The notes under the pieces: model-generated | Database searches by the model: none | Told to the model about the DNA's origin: nothing | The model's input: only the letters and a program-made list of their open reading frames with translations | Position numbers and translations under genes: made by a program | Shown: piece by piece, positions 55,554 to 64,000 of the stretch | Layout of the letters: each line of letters starts with the position of its first letter | Position numbering within the stretch: the first letter of the stretch is position 1 | Source: Bdellovibrionales bacterium | GTDB lineage: Bacteria; Bdellovibrionota; Bdellovibrionia; Bdellovibrionales; Bdellovibrionaceae | DNA length: 64,000 bases | Reading direction: 5' to 3' | NCBI GenBank assembly: GCA_031370005.1 | Contig: JANMPT010000075.1 | Coordinates: 1 to 64,000, forward strand

Positions 55554-55961
55554 ATGAAAAGTATCCCTGCAATTGAAAAATACATGACAACTTCACCGCA
55601 CACCATCGGGGCCGACCAGCCCGTCATCAAAGCGGAAAAAATGATGCGTGACTTTAAAATTCGTCATCTACCGGTTCTAGACGGCGGCAAGATTATTGGT
55701 ATAATTTCTGATCGAGACGTCAAATTTATTGAAAGCTTTAAAGACGTAAACCCGGAAACAGTCAAAGTTGTTGAAGCATGCTCTGAAGAACCATACACCG
55801 TTTCGCCAAAAGCACCTTTGAATGAGGTCTGTAGCGAAATGGCCCAACACAAGTATGGCTCTGTCTTAGTCGTCGACAACAATAAGTTGGTTGGCATCTT
55901 TACTTGGGTTGACGCACTTCAGGCAATGAATAGCCTCTTAGAGACACGACTCAAATACTAA
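55554..55961 (+). CDS. CBS-pair domain protein
   Basis: YMTTSPHTI, IRHLPVLD..IIGIISDRD, second CBS; start at MKSIP after GGAG. Confidence 0.9.
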   Translation: MKSIPAIEKYMTTSPHTIGADQPVIKAEKMMRDFKIRHLPVLDGGKIIGIISDRDVKFIESFKDVNPETVKVVEACSEEPYTVSPKAPLNEVCSEMAQHKYGSVLVVDNNKLVGIFTWVDALQAMNSLLETRLKY

Positions 55962-55964
55962 AAT

Positions 55965-57095
55965 TTATTTTGATTTCTCGATAAGTTCCTGCATGACTTT
56001 AATCTCTTTTGAAACGTCTTCCGGAATATGTGTTCCACTTGACCCACTATATGCCATCATGATGAGATTTTGATATTCACTCAGACATTTTTTTGCCACG
56101 GGATTTTTCGGAAATTCAAAAACACATTGCTTTAAATAAAGCTCAGGCAAAGAGTAGAAGGCTTGCTGGCTAAATTTGGATTCGCAAAATGAAAGCCAAT
56201 ATAAAATATCAGGCTTAAGAGCGGTTTCCGGATTCTCATTCAGATATTCATAAAGAATGCTAGAAACCTTTAGGTACTCGAGCTCTCTGCTCGGAATATC
56301 AAAACTAAAGTTTCCTGATAGCTCTTCTTTAAGTGCACTTTCAACATATTGTCTCAAGTTAGCCGTCTGCTGAGCTGTAAAATGCGGATATTTTTCATCC
56401 TTCATTTTTAGTGCTGCAGCCTTAAAATCCCTAATTTTGGAGATAAAGTGGGCGGGAATTTTTTTGTTCTTTAGATCATGACTTAGAACCTTTACAAGCT
56501 CATTAAAATCCCTTTGCACTCGCACATAATAATACAACTGTCGATAAATCACTTTCTCTAGGTCATCTACAGATACAACGTTTTTAGGGTATCCGCTTAA
56601 AACACTGGAGTACAACTTCATGGACTCTTTAAAATTACGAATGATAAATAAAAACTCTGCTTCCTCAAAAGGATTGGTTAATACTCTACTTTGATTTGCG
56701 CTTATGAAGTGGGTTGAGACCGCTGGCAACTGCGTGTGACAAGACATGCAAACACCTAAGGTAGACTTAAGCATCCATAAGGAATAGTCTTTACTTCCGG
56801 AACGAAAAACTTGCTCGGATTCCTTGAGCTGCTGGTTTAAAACCCGTGCGGGAATTTGGAATCCAGTTTTTTGAATTTTATCTTCATGGTTTATCTTCTC
56901 ACTTAAAGCAACCATCTTTTTTAAAGAAGCCTCTATTTTCTGAGCATTTTTTGGATTGCTGTAGGCTTCGCTTGAAACAATGAAGGGTTTAAGATTAAAA
57001 ATCTCATTCAACATTTGATCCATGAACGGCTTTACTTCGGCTTTGCCGTCTAAGACACAGAAGAATAAAGAGAGAAAAATAAAAATATTTTTCAT
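55965..57095 (-). CDS. Secreted helical protein with a single heme c motif
   Basis: Signal peptide; CMSCH; TPR-like helices. Confidence 0.7.
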   Translation of the reverse strand: MKNIFIFLSLFFCVLDGKAEVKPFMDQMLNEIFNLKPFIVSSEAYSNPKNAQKIEASLKKMVALSEKINHEDKIQKTGFQIPARVLNQQLKESEQVFRSGSKDYSLWMLKSTLGVCMSCHTQLPAVSTHFISANQSRVLTNPFEEAEFLFIIRNFKESMKLYSSVLSGYPKNVVSVDDLEKVIYRQLYYYVRVQRDFNELVKVLSHDLKNKKIPAHFISKIRDFKAAALKMKDEKYPHFTAQQTANLRQYVESALKEELSGNFSFDIPSRELEYLKVSSILYEYLNENPETALKPDILYWLSFCESKFSQQAFYSLPELYLKQCVFEFPKNPVAKKCLSEYQNLIMMAYSGSSGTHIPEDVSKEIKVMQELIEKSK

Positions 57096-57220
57096 GGAGC
57101 TCCTTTATAATTAAAAAAATGAGGACATTTATCCAACTAGCCAATATATTCTTTGACTACTTGCCTCCTCTGGTCAAGGACCAGTTGGCATAATTTCTAA
57201 TTCATTTTGATGGAGATAAA

Positions 57221-57859
57221 ATGTCCCATTGCTCTGGAACAAATAAAAAAAGCTTTTCAAATACGAACCTAGTCGTTATCACAGGTGGCCCGGGCGCTGG
57301 CAAAACCGCAGTCTTAGAAGTTGCTAAAAAATTTCTATGTGCACGCGTGGCAATTCTGCCTGAAGCTGCTTCCATTATTTTTAGTGGAGGTTTTTGGAGA
57401 CTCGAAAGCGATAATGCTCGAGCTGCTGCACAAACTGCAATTTATCATGTTCAGAAACAAATGGAACAACTCGTCCACGCAGAACATCGCTGGGGTCTTG
57501 GTCTCTGTGATCGAGGAACGCTGGATGGATTGGCATACTGGCCCAAAGATGAAGCGACCTTTTGGGACATGACTCAAAGTCAAATCCTAAAGGAGTATGT
57601 AAAATATAAAACTGTCATTCACCTGAAAACCCCACCTATAGAGCATGGGTACAATCATCAAAATCCCCTTCGCTTGGAATCTGCCTCCCAAGCAAAGAAA
57701 ATCGATGAAAAGATTGCTAAGATTTGGTCGAATCATCCGCACTATAGAGTGATCGAAAGCTCCGCTAGTTTTTGGCTTAAAACACAAACTGCGATTGAAT
57801 ATATCATCGAGGAGCTGCCCGAATGCTGCAAAAAAGACTCTAAAGAAGAGCCTAAGTAA
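57221..57859 (+). CDS. AAA_28/NadR-Ttd14-like P-loop kinase
   Basis: VITGGPGAGKT, PEAA, LCDRGTLDG.AY. Confidence 0.85.
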   Translation: MSHCSGTNKKSFSNTNLVVITGGPGAGKTAVLEVAKKFLCARVAILPEAASIIFSGGFWRLESDNARAAAQTAIYHVQKQMEQLVHAEHRWGLGLCDRGTLDGLAYWPKDEATFWDMTQSQILKEYVKYKTVIHLKTPPIEHGYNHQNPLRLESASQAKKIDEKIAKIWSNHPHYRVIESSASFWLKTQTAIEYIIEELPECCKKDSKEEPK

Positions 57860-58298
57860 CAGCTTTCGGCTTGTTTTTTGCTGCCTTCTCCTCAGGACTC
57901 ATTCCCCATGGTGAGCCACCTTTTTTCTCGCCACGGCCTCCGCCGCCGCGTCCACCTTTGCCACCGCGTCCGCCCTTAGAGTCTGAGGCAGTCGCCGCTG
58001 GCTTCACAGTATTTAAAAACTCAGGAACATAGTGTAGTTCTTCAACTTGAGTCGCTTTCGCCGGAACACTTTCACCTTCATTGAGGCTGATTACGAAGAC
58101 GCGCTTCAAGTTTTGCTGATTTTGACCAGCTACATCCAGCGCATTCACAAAATACTTAAGCTTATCGCCTTCTAATTTAAAGGTTTCACCAAGGCTTGTT
58201 TGAATTTCTTCAGGGGATTTACCTTCAGCAGCCAAAGCCGCCTTAGCAGCAAGACCTTTGTTCAAAGTGAAAATTGCAAACTCTGTAACTGATTTCAT
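57852..58298 (-). CDS. Hypothetical protein with an RGG-rich basic tail
   Basis: Start at MKSVTEF after GGAGG; tail GGRGGKGGRGGGGRGEKKGG. Confidence 0.7.
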   Translation of the reverse strand: MKSVTEFAIFTLNKGLAAKAALAAEGKSPEEIQTSLGETFKLEGDKLKYFVNALDVAGQNQQNLKRVFVISLNEGESVPAKATQVEELHYVPEFLNTVKPAATASDSKGGRGGKGGRGGGGRGEKKGGSPWGMSPEEKAAKNKPKAVT

Positions 58299-58430
58299 GA
58301 ATAATATCCTCCCTAAGATAATGAGCTGCCCATAATGCGTATAAATCACAGGAAGGTCAACGATGCATTCGCATGAGTTCAAAGGAGAGTTTGACCCTCT
58401 GCATCTGCTTTGATAGGCTGCTGCTACTTT

Positions 58431-59273
58431 ATGCTGAAAATTGGACAGATCAATAAACTTACAGTTCTTAAACACGTCGACTTTGGCCTCTATCTTGATG
58501 GTGGTGAAGGAGGAGAAATCCTTCTTCCTCGCAAATATATCAAAGATAATTGTCAACCAGGCGACAATCTCGATGTTTTTATCTACTATGATTCCGAAGA
58601 CCGCTTAATTGCCACCACAGAAACTCCCAAGACCCGAGTCGGAGAGTTTTCAACTCTAAAAGTGGTTTCGATAAGCTCTGTCGGAGCTTTTTTGGAATGG
58701 GGCCTTTTGAAAGACCTTTTCCTTCCCTTTGCCGAGCAAACTCGTCGAATCGCCGTTGGCGATAATCTCTTAGTTTATGTCTATCTCGACAATACCAGCC
58801 GGATCGCAGCCTCTATGCGCATTGAGCGCAACTTAGATAAGACACCTGAAAAATACGAAGTCGATCAAAGTGTCGAGCTTATTATATGTGGCGAGACTGA
58901 TTTGGGATTTAAAGTCATTATTAACGGAAAACACCTCGGAATGATCTACCACAAGGAAGTTTTTCAAGCTTTGAAACAGGGACAACGCCTGACAGGTTTT
59001 ATCCGTAATGTGCGTGCAGAAGATGGCAAGATTGATCTTGGTCTCTTAAAAACCGGTCATCATGGAGCAGATGATATCGGTCCAAAGATTTTAAGCCTCC
59101 TTGAAAAGTCCGATGGCTTTCTTGCTATCAACGATAAAACCTCTGCTGAGAAAATTTATGATCTCTTCGGCGTAAGCAAAAAAAAATATAAAATTGCTCT
59201 CGGTGGACTCTATAAAAAACGCCTTATTACAGTGAGCAATGATGGCATTCGCCTCGTCCTCACAAAAGCCTAG
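58431..59273 (+). CDS. cvfB: CvfB-family S1 RNA-binding protein
   Basis: IGQIN.L.V....FGLYLD, DSEDRL.AT, GAFLEWGL.KDL, winged-helix SKKKYK.ALG.LYK. Confidence 0.9.
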   Translation: MLKIGQINKLTVLKHVDFGLYLDGGEGGEILLPRKYIKDNCQPGDNLDVFIYYDSEDRLIATTETPKTRVGEFSTLKVVSISSVGAFLEWGLLKDLFLPFAEQTRRIAVGDNLLVYVYLDNTSRIAASMRIERNLDKTPEKYEVDQSVELIICGETDLGFKVIINGKHLGMIYHKEVFQALKQGQRLTGFIRNVRAEDGKIDLGLLKTGHHGADDIGPKILSLLEKSDGFLAINDKTSAEKIYDLFGVSKKKYKIALGGLYKKRLITVSNDGIRLVLTKA

Positions 59274-60876
59274 TATTCTCTTCCGGAAGCGAGTCCTCAT
59301 CCTTCCAATTAAATATTGTTTTTAAGGACTCAAAGAGAGTTTTGAAATCACCCCGGCTGTCGTAAACAGGTATTGGCTCTTTATCAAGATGCAAAAATTT
59401 ATAGACTGCAGTCTGCGCGGCCCGCACCGAGTATTCGATGGTGAAAACAACATCATCAGGAATCTCACAATACTGACTAACAAAGGCCAAATTCGAATAC
59501 GCCTCCGGAATCACCTGCGGGCGGTCATTTTTTCCACGACTTAAAAATTGGCTTGTCATAAAGGGCATCATGCATGGAATGCAAACTGCATTTTTTAAAA
59601 TCACTTCAAGATCCGAGGTGAAGTGTAAATGAGAACAGAGTTCAATCAAGATCTCCTCACCAGTGCACTCTGACATCTTTTTTTTGACAAAGTTACCGGG
59701 GCGATCCACAAAAAGGCCATAGCCCCAAAATACGGTAATGTCAGCTGGTTGATTCATAAAATGAGGCTGATAAGGCAAAAAAACGGACAGAAGCCAATTC
59801 GAGTCCGTAAAACTAACAAGGCCTCCTGTTCCAGCACTATTTCCTGTAAATTGCTCCATCAATCTAAAAAATATCGGGTCTTTGAGAGTCACAGTGAAAG
59901 ATACACACTTCGATTCATCAATGCGGCTGTCGAATACCTCAGGCTTGCCGAACTCTGGACGAGAACTTGCAAGTGTCTCCCAAAGGGACCAGGCTCCGGA
60001 CTCTTTTTTTGAAATCAAAAGAGGGGCAGTTTTCATCGAACCAACACTGGACGAGGCTGTCATAGAACCATTACTAACAAATACAAGATCAGATGTCGCC
60101 ACATCAATTTTATTCACATCTTCGCTGCGGCGATAGTGGATCTTTGAAACGTATTTCTGAGCTCTTAACTGGGAAAAGTCCAAGTCAGTCACCTCTATTC
60201 CCATCATGAAATGCACGCCCTTGCTCTTTAACCAGCTCACCATGGGAAGCACAATCGAGTCATACTGATTATAAGCAGTACGATCCACCCCAACTAATGT
60301 ATTGAGATGTGGAAGCTCGTGAATGAAACGATGGAGATGTCGCTTAAACTCAATGGCACTGTGCCATGGTTGAAAAGCAAACATCGTCGCCCACATATAC
60401 CAAAAATTTGTTTCAAAAAAACTCTTATCAAAAAAGTCCTCAATCCGGCGGGACCCAAGACAATCTTCAGGCTTCATCATCATCTCAAAGATATCAAAGC
60501 GGTCCTTATAACTAAAGCCCATAGAGTTCAAATCAACTTTTTCACCATTTCGCACAAGACGGCAATGAGAGTTGGTTTTCACTTTTGCACTGAACTCTTG
60601 GATTTCATCCATCACTGTCATCTTCGGATTCTTGAGGGAGGGAATAAAAGACAGTAAGTCATAAGTGCATCGATTGGAAAAGTTCAGCATTCTGCCGCCC
60701 CTAACAATATAGCCTTTTTCCAAACCACCAGTTCCATCCAGACTGCCTCCAGCAAGGTCACCCTCATCAAAAACAAGAATGTCCTCGCCGCGAAACTTCC
60801 CATCAAGAATGAGATATGCCGCACTAGCCATGGAGGCGATCCCGCACCCCACAAGATATGCCTTTCTTGCTGCCAT
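59260..60876 (-). CDS. ohyA: Oleate hydratase (MCRA family)
   Basis: GCGIAS FAD motif, GGSLDG, RGGRML, MFAFQPWHS, YNQYDS, VFTIEYSVR. Confidence 0.92.
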   Translation of the reverse strand: MAARKAYLVGCGIASMASAAYLILDGKFRGEDILVFDEGDLAGGSLDGTGGLEKGYIVRGGRMLNFSNRCTYDLLSFIPSLKNPKMTVMDEIQEFSAKVKTNSHCRLVRNGEKVDLNSMGFSYKDRFDIFEMMMKPEDCLGSRRIEDFFDKSFFETNFWYMWATMFAFQPWHSAIEFKRHLHRFIHELPHLNTLVGVDRTAYNQYDSIVLPMVSWLKSKGVHFMMGIEVTDLDFSQLRAQKYVSKIHYRRSEDVNKIDVATSDLVFVSNGSMTASSSVGSMKTAPLLISKKESGAWSLWETLASSRPEFGKPEVFDSRIDESKCVSFTVTLKDPIFFRLMEQFTGNSAGTGGLVSFTDSNWLLSVFLPYQPHFMNQPADITVFWGYGLFVDRPGNFVKKKMSECTGEEILIELCSHLHFTSDLEVILKNAVCIPCMMPFMTSQFLSRGKNDRPQVIPEAYSNLAFVSQYCEIPDDVVFTIEYSVRAAQTAVYKFLHLDKEPIPVYDSRGDFKTLFESLKTIFNWKDEDSLPEENTRLL

Positions 60877-61067
60877 ATCGTCCTCCTGGCTTTCAACTCG
60901 ACTAATTCACTTTGGCACTTTGGATCATAAAAGTTTCCAGCACGTGGAGTAAAGTGAAGAAAAAATCATCTAAATAGAGTACAATCAGCCACGGCCTCGA
61001 CTAAACTCAAGGTCGGTAATTATAATTCATTGCTCTTTTTTTGAAGATCGCATTTCATATAAAGCAT

Positions 61068-62105
61068 ATGGAAATCTATAAGCATATTGCAGTGGAAATT
61101 TTGCCAATTTTTTTAGGTATGATTATATTGTCATATGCTGTTTATCTGAGCTTGCTGTTATACAAAAAGATTCCAAAACAAAAGCTAAAAAAGGCCTGGC
61201 TTTTTCAAACCGCGCTCAGCTCATTTTTCTGTGTTGGATACTTAGCCGCAATTATATTAAATACCTCACACGATACTGATTTTCTGCCTATAATCATTGC
61301 TTTCGTCTTTTTTTTCGGAGCTATATATGTTCTCACGCTGATATCAATCACCAGCGCGCTGACTCGCGATTTAGTAAAATTTAATTCCGAACTTGAAGAG
61401 ATGATTGAGCTTAGAACCCATGAGCTAGAACAGTCATTAGCTGAACTACAGAGTACCCAAGAGCAGCTCTTATTTAGCAAGACACTTTCTGCCTACAGTG
61501 ATATCGCAGGTCAAATTGCTCATGAATTCAACACTCCGATAACTTCTATTCAATTATTGGCAAATCAGCTCTTAAATGAAGAGACTTTGTCAGAAAGCAC
61601 ATTAAATAAAATCCGTATAATTCATGGAGCGACAACGCAGCTTGAAAAATTGACAGGTGCTTTCCGACGACTTTATAGAACAAATCAGAATCCCCTAGAT
61701 GAAGAAAACGTTAAATTTTATGAAATTTTAGAAAGCTTACTTATCCTCATTGGCGAGCAACTAGCACGCACTGGCATTGGCCTAAAAACAGACTTCACAA
61801 TCAGTCATGAAAAACAAATTAAACTTCGAGTGAGCTCCTTTGCACAAATTACAAGCTCACTTATTAATTATTTAATCGATGAAAGTCAGTACAAGAAAGA
61901 ACGAAATTTAAATATTACGTGTTACGAAAATAACAACTCAATATATATTACGATAATAATCGTCTCGAGTAGTCCTAAGCAAGAGCAAACGATAAAAACA
62001 CAGCCTTTTGATAATTTCCATTCTATTTACAAATCCCTCGGGATGAGTTTGACAAAACTATTAATTGATAATGGAACAGAACACACTATAGAGATACCTC
62101 TATAA
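61068..62105 (+). CDS. Membrane histidine-kinase-like protein with a degenerate ATPase domain
   Basis: Three N-terminal TMs, coiled coil, H-box IAHEFNTP; N and G boxes not recognisable. Confidence 0.7.
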   Translation: MEIYKHIAVEILPIFLGMIILSYAVYLSLLLYKKIPKQKLKKAWLFQTALSSFFCVGYLAAIILNTSHDTDFLPIIIAFVFFFGAIYVLTLISITSALTRDLVKFNSELEEMIELRTHELEQSLAELQSTQEQLLFSKTLSAYSDIAGQIAHEFNTPITSIQLLANQLLNEETLSESTLNKIRIIHGATTQLEKLTGAFRRLYRTNQNPLDEENVKFYEILESLLILIGEQLARTGIGLKTDFTISHEKQIKLRVSSFAQITSSLINYLIDESQYKKERNLNITCYENNNSIYITIIIVSSSPKQEQTIKTQPFDNFHSIYKSLGMSLTKLLIDNGTEHTIEIPL

Positions 62106-62249
62106 AGACATTAATGTGCCCCTCTAAGCTGTTGAACTTTTTAACAGTGCCTGAAAAATAGATACAAAAAAATAATTACTCAATACCTTATAAGAATCCC
62201 TGATACATCTTATTGCTTATCGAAAATACATGAAAATGGGAGAGCTATA

Positions 62250-63491
62250 ATGGGAACCGGGTATTATAAATGTTTGGTGCAATTTACTTTTATCGTTCTT
62301 ATTTTTAGCTCTAATATATCTCAAGCAACAGTCTGGCAAGAAACTGATACCTGGAACTCAAGTTGGGAGCAGAAATATTCAGATTGGATTCGAAATTCTT
62401 TCGATGAGGGAATCTATACCTCCGGAAGTTTTAAAGACCTTCCTACGGACTGCGCTGATGCAGTTTATTATGCGCGTATAATTTTTAGTTATGAAAATAA
62501 GCTTCCATTTGTTATCAAAGATGCTACAGGTGGACCAAATTTCATCAGCAATATAATGATTCGTTTTGATGATATTCAAGAGCCTCTCCAACGCGTACGT
62601 AAGTTCATGGATTTTGTCGGTGACGTCACAAGTACAAAATCGCTTCCAAATGATACTTATCCCGTGGCTGTAAATCGCAGCAATATCCGCCCAGGAACTG
62701 TTTGGAGCCGTCCACGCATCTCCTCGGATAATATCTGGCGCCGTATTTTCGGCGGCACCGTTAAAGAGGACCCAGGACATGCAGAAATTGTAAAAGAAGT
62801 TGCTGAGACAGGAGCAATTTATTTAATAGGCTCCACAGTACCTAAAGCAATACGTAAGCTGAATACGACTTCAAGCCTTGTGTTTATGCCAGTTGAAACG
62901 AGCACTGGCTTTCGCAACTGGATGCAACCTACTTACTATTCAAAATCTAGTGAGAACCTCCCTGGCTACTCTTTGGAGCAATTCAAAGAGCTCGGACATA
63001 CTGCAAACGACAATCGCTCCTTGGATAGCTGGAGCTCTGAAGTTCAAGCTCGCCTGGCTTTACGTGATGAAACAAAACCTGAATTCATTACTCGTCAAGT
63101 TATGAGCATTTGCAGTCTTGTAAGTGCTCGAGTTGACACTGTTACAAAATCTGAAGTACGACGTGCTAAACTCAGTGGTGCATGTATGAATGCAGATGAC
63201 TATGATTCCTACTCAACCCCATCCCGTGATAAACGCATTACCACAACCCTCAAACAACTCATTAGCACCGCAGGTGGCTTTGGCTTAACTTCAGCACAAA
63301 GAGCAAAAGTATTGAGACCTTACCTTAATAATGCCTGCGCAGATATCCAAATCTCTGCAGATCAGACTATTTCTTTATATGACTTCTCAATTCTTATGTT
63401 AAAAAATAAAGTTTCCTCAAATCCAAATGACAGTTTTGCAGCACGATGGGGTTTAGAAGATTCAACATCAAATTGTCCGAAATATGAATAG
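62250..63491 (+). CDS. Secreted hypothetical protein (possible papain/NlpC-like fold)
   Basis: Signal peptide; W...WE..YS.W, TDCAD, GH motif, STPSRD; GGGAG RBS. Confidence 0.65.
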   Translation: MGTGYYKCLVQFTFIVLIFSSNISQATVWQETDTWNSSWEQKYSDWIRNSFDEGIYTSGSFKDLPTDCADAVYYARIIFSYENKLPFVIKDATGGPNFISNIMIRFDDIQEPLQRVRKFMDFVGDVTSTKSLPNDTYPVAVNRSNIRPGTVWSRPRISSDNIWRRIFGGTVKEDPGHAEIVKEVAETGAIYLIGSTVPKAIRKLNTTSSLVFMPVETSTGFRNWMQPTYYSKSSENLPGYSLEQFKELGHTANDNRSLDSWSSEVQARLALRDETKPEFITRQVMSICSLVSARVDTVTKSEVRRAKLSGACMNADDYDSYSTPSRDKRITTTLKQLISTAGGFGLTSAQRAKVLRPYLNNACADIQISADQTISLYDFSILMLKNKVSSNPNDSFAARWGLEDSTSNCPKYE

Positions 63492-64000
63492 GAACAAAAA
63501 AGCATTTTTAATTCTCTTTATCGGTGGAGTTGCTATATGGGCAGCTCTTCATTTTCAGTTTGAGAAAAAAATAAATACTGCTATTGCGCCTAACATTTCA
63601 CCGCTAATCTCTCAATCGCCAAAGGCAGATCGTATTGACAAGTCAGCGCCAAGTCTCCAGCCGATTGTTCTAAATTCAAACATTTCACTTACTTCTTTCA
63701 AACCTTATTTACGAAAAATCGGCGAGTGCCTACAAATCAAAAATAGCCTATATGACGATAATGAATTAAATTTTGCTACGCTTCAGGCCTCTCTACGCGA
63801 TGAACTTGGAGAGTTGATTGCCAATAATCTTGATTGGAGAAACGTGCATATTAGCTTGCCAAATGGTGAAAAACGTCGTCTGCGCCTGGAAATTGAAGGA
63901 ACGGGAGAAGAGGCTTCCGGATTACGTTTGCGCTATTACGGCGTGGATAAAGAAAATTTACCGATTCCACTTCCTCTTTCTCAGGAACAAAGCATGAATC
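63484..64000 (+). CDS. Hypothetical membrane-anchored protein, truncated by the window end
   Basis: Manual translation MNRNKKAFLILFIGGVAIWAAL... open to 64000; overlaps the previous stop by 8 nt. Confidence 0.7.
   Translation, partial: MNRNKKAFLILFIGGVAIWAALHFQFEKKINTAIAPNISPLISQSPKADRIDKSAPSLQPIVLNSNISLTSFKPYLRKIGECLQIKNSLYDDNELNFATLQASLRDELGELIANNLDWRNVHISLPNGEKRRLRLEIEGTGEEASGLRLRYYGVDKENLPIPLPLSQEQSMN

Noticed and set aside
1..64000. CRISPR array, rRNA, riboswitch, prophage structural genes or NO reductase
   Set aside because: No regularly spaced repeats or recognisable signatures found by eye; a covariance-model search was not possible

Overview
A 64 kb chromosomal segment, most likely from a Bdellovibrionota (Bdellovibrio-like) bacterium. 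This is inferred from the FQNC/YTNC-type secreted proteins, trypsin and M4/M36 proteases, a TPR-HTH regulator and many sigma54 promoters. Positions 1-6.3 kb are an accessory stretch next to the 3' end of tRNA-Val(GAC), with a transposase-like 5' end, a protease, a LysR regulator and two leaderless toxin-antitoxin operons. Positions 6.5-21 kb are housekeeping genes (FlgT-like pair, dnaE, PLD, guaBA, gamma-CA, DUF151, miaB). Positions 21.5-45.5 kb form a coherent low-oxygen/nitrite module: HiPIP-nirK(cyt c fusion)-nirV-sco, a DNR-type regulator, nnrS, an AidB-like ACAD, a doubly deleted trhP remnant, heme A synthase, 2-oxoacid:ferredoxin oxidoreductase, a redoxin-type class III RNR with a co-transcribed Na+/solute symporter, a NIT-domain-like chemoreceptor, a porin, and a second Crp/Fnr regulator with a hemerythrin. 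FNR/DNR boxes link the module, and four of them sit at the class II activation distance from TAnnnT -10 elements. Positions 45.5-64 kb hold secreted proteins, a PAS/sigma54 two-component system flanked by sigma54 promoters, cvfB, oleate hydratase and a degenerate histidine kinase. All calls come from motif recognition by eye; no database searches were run.
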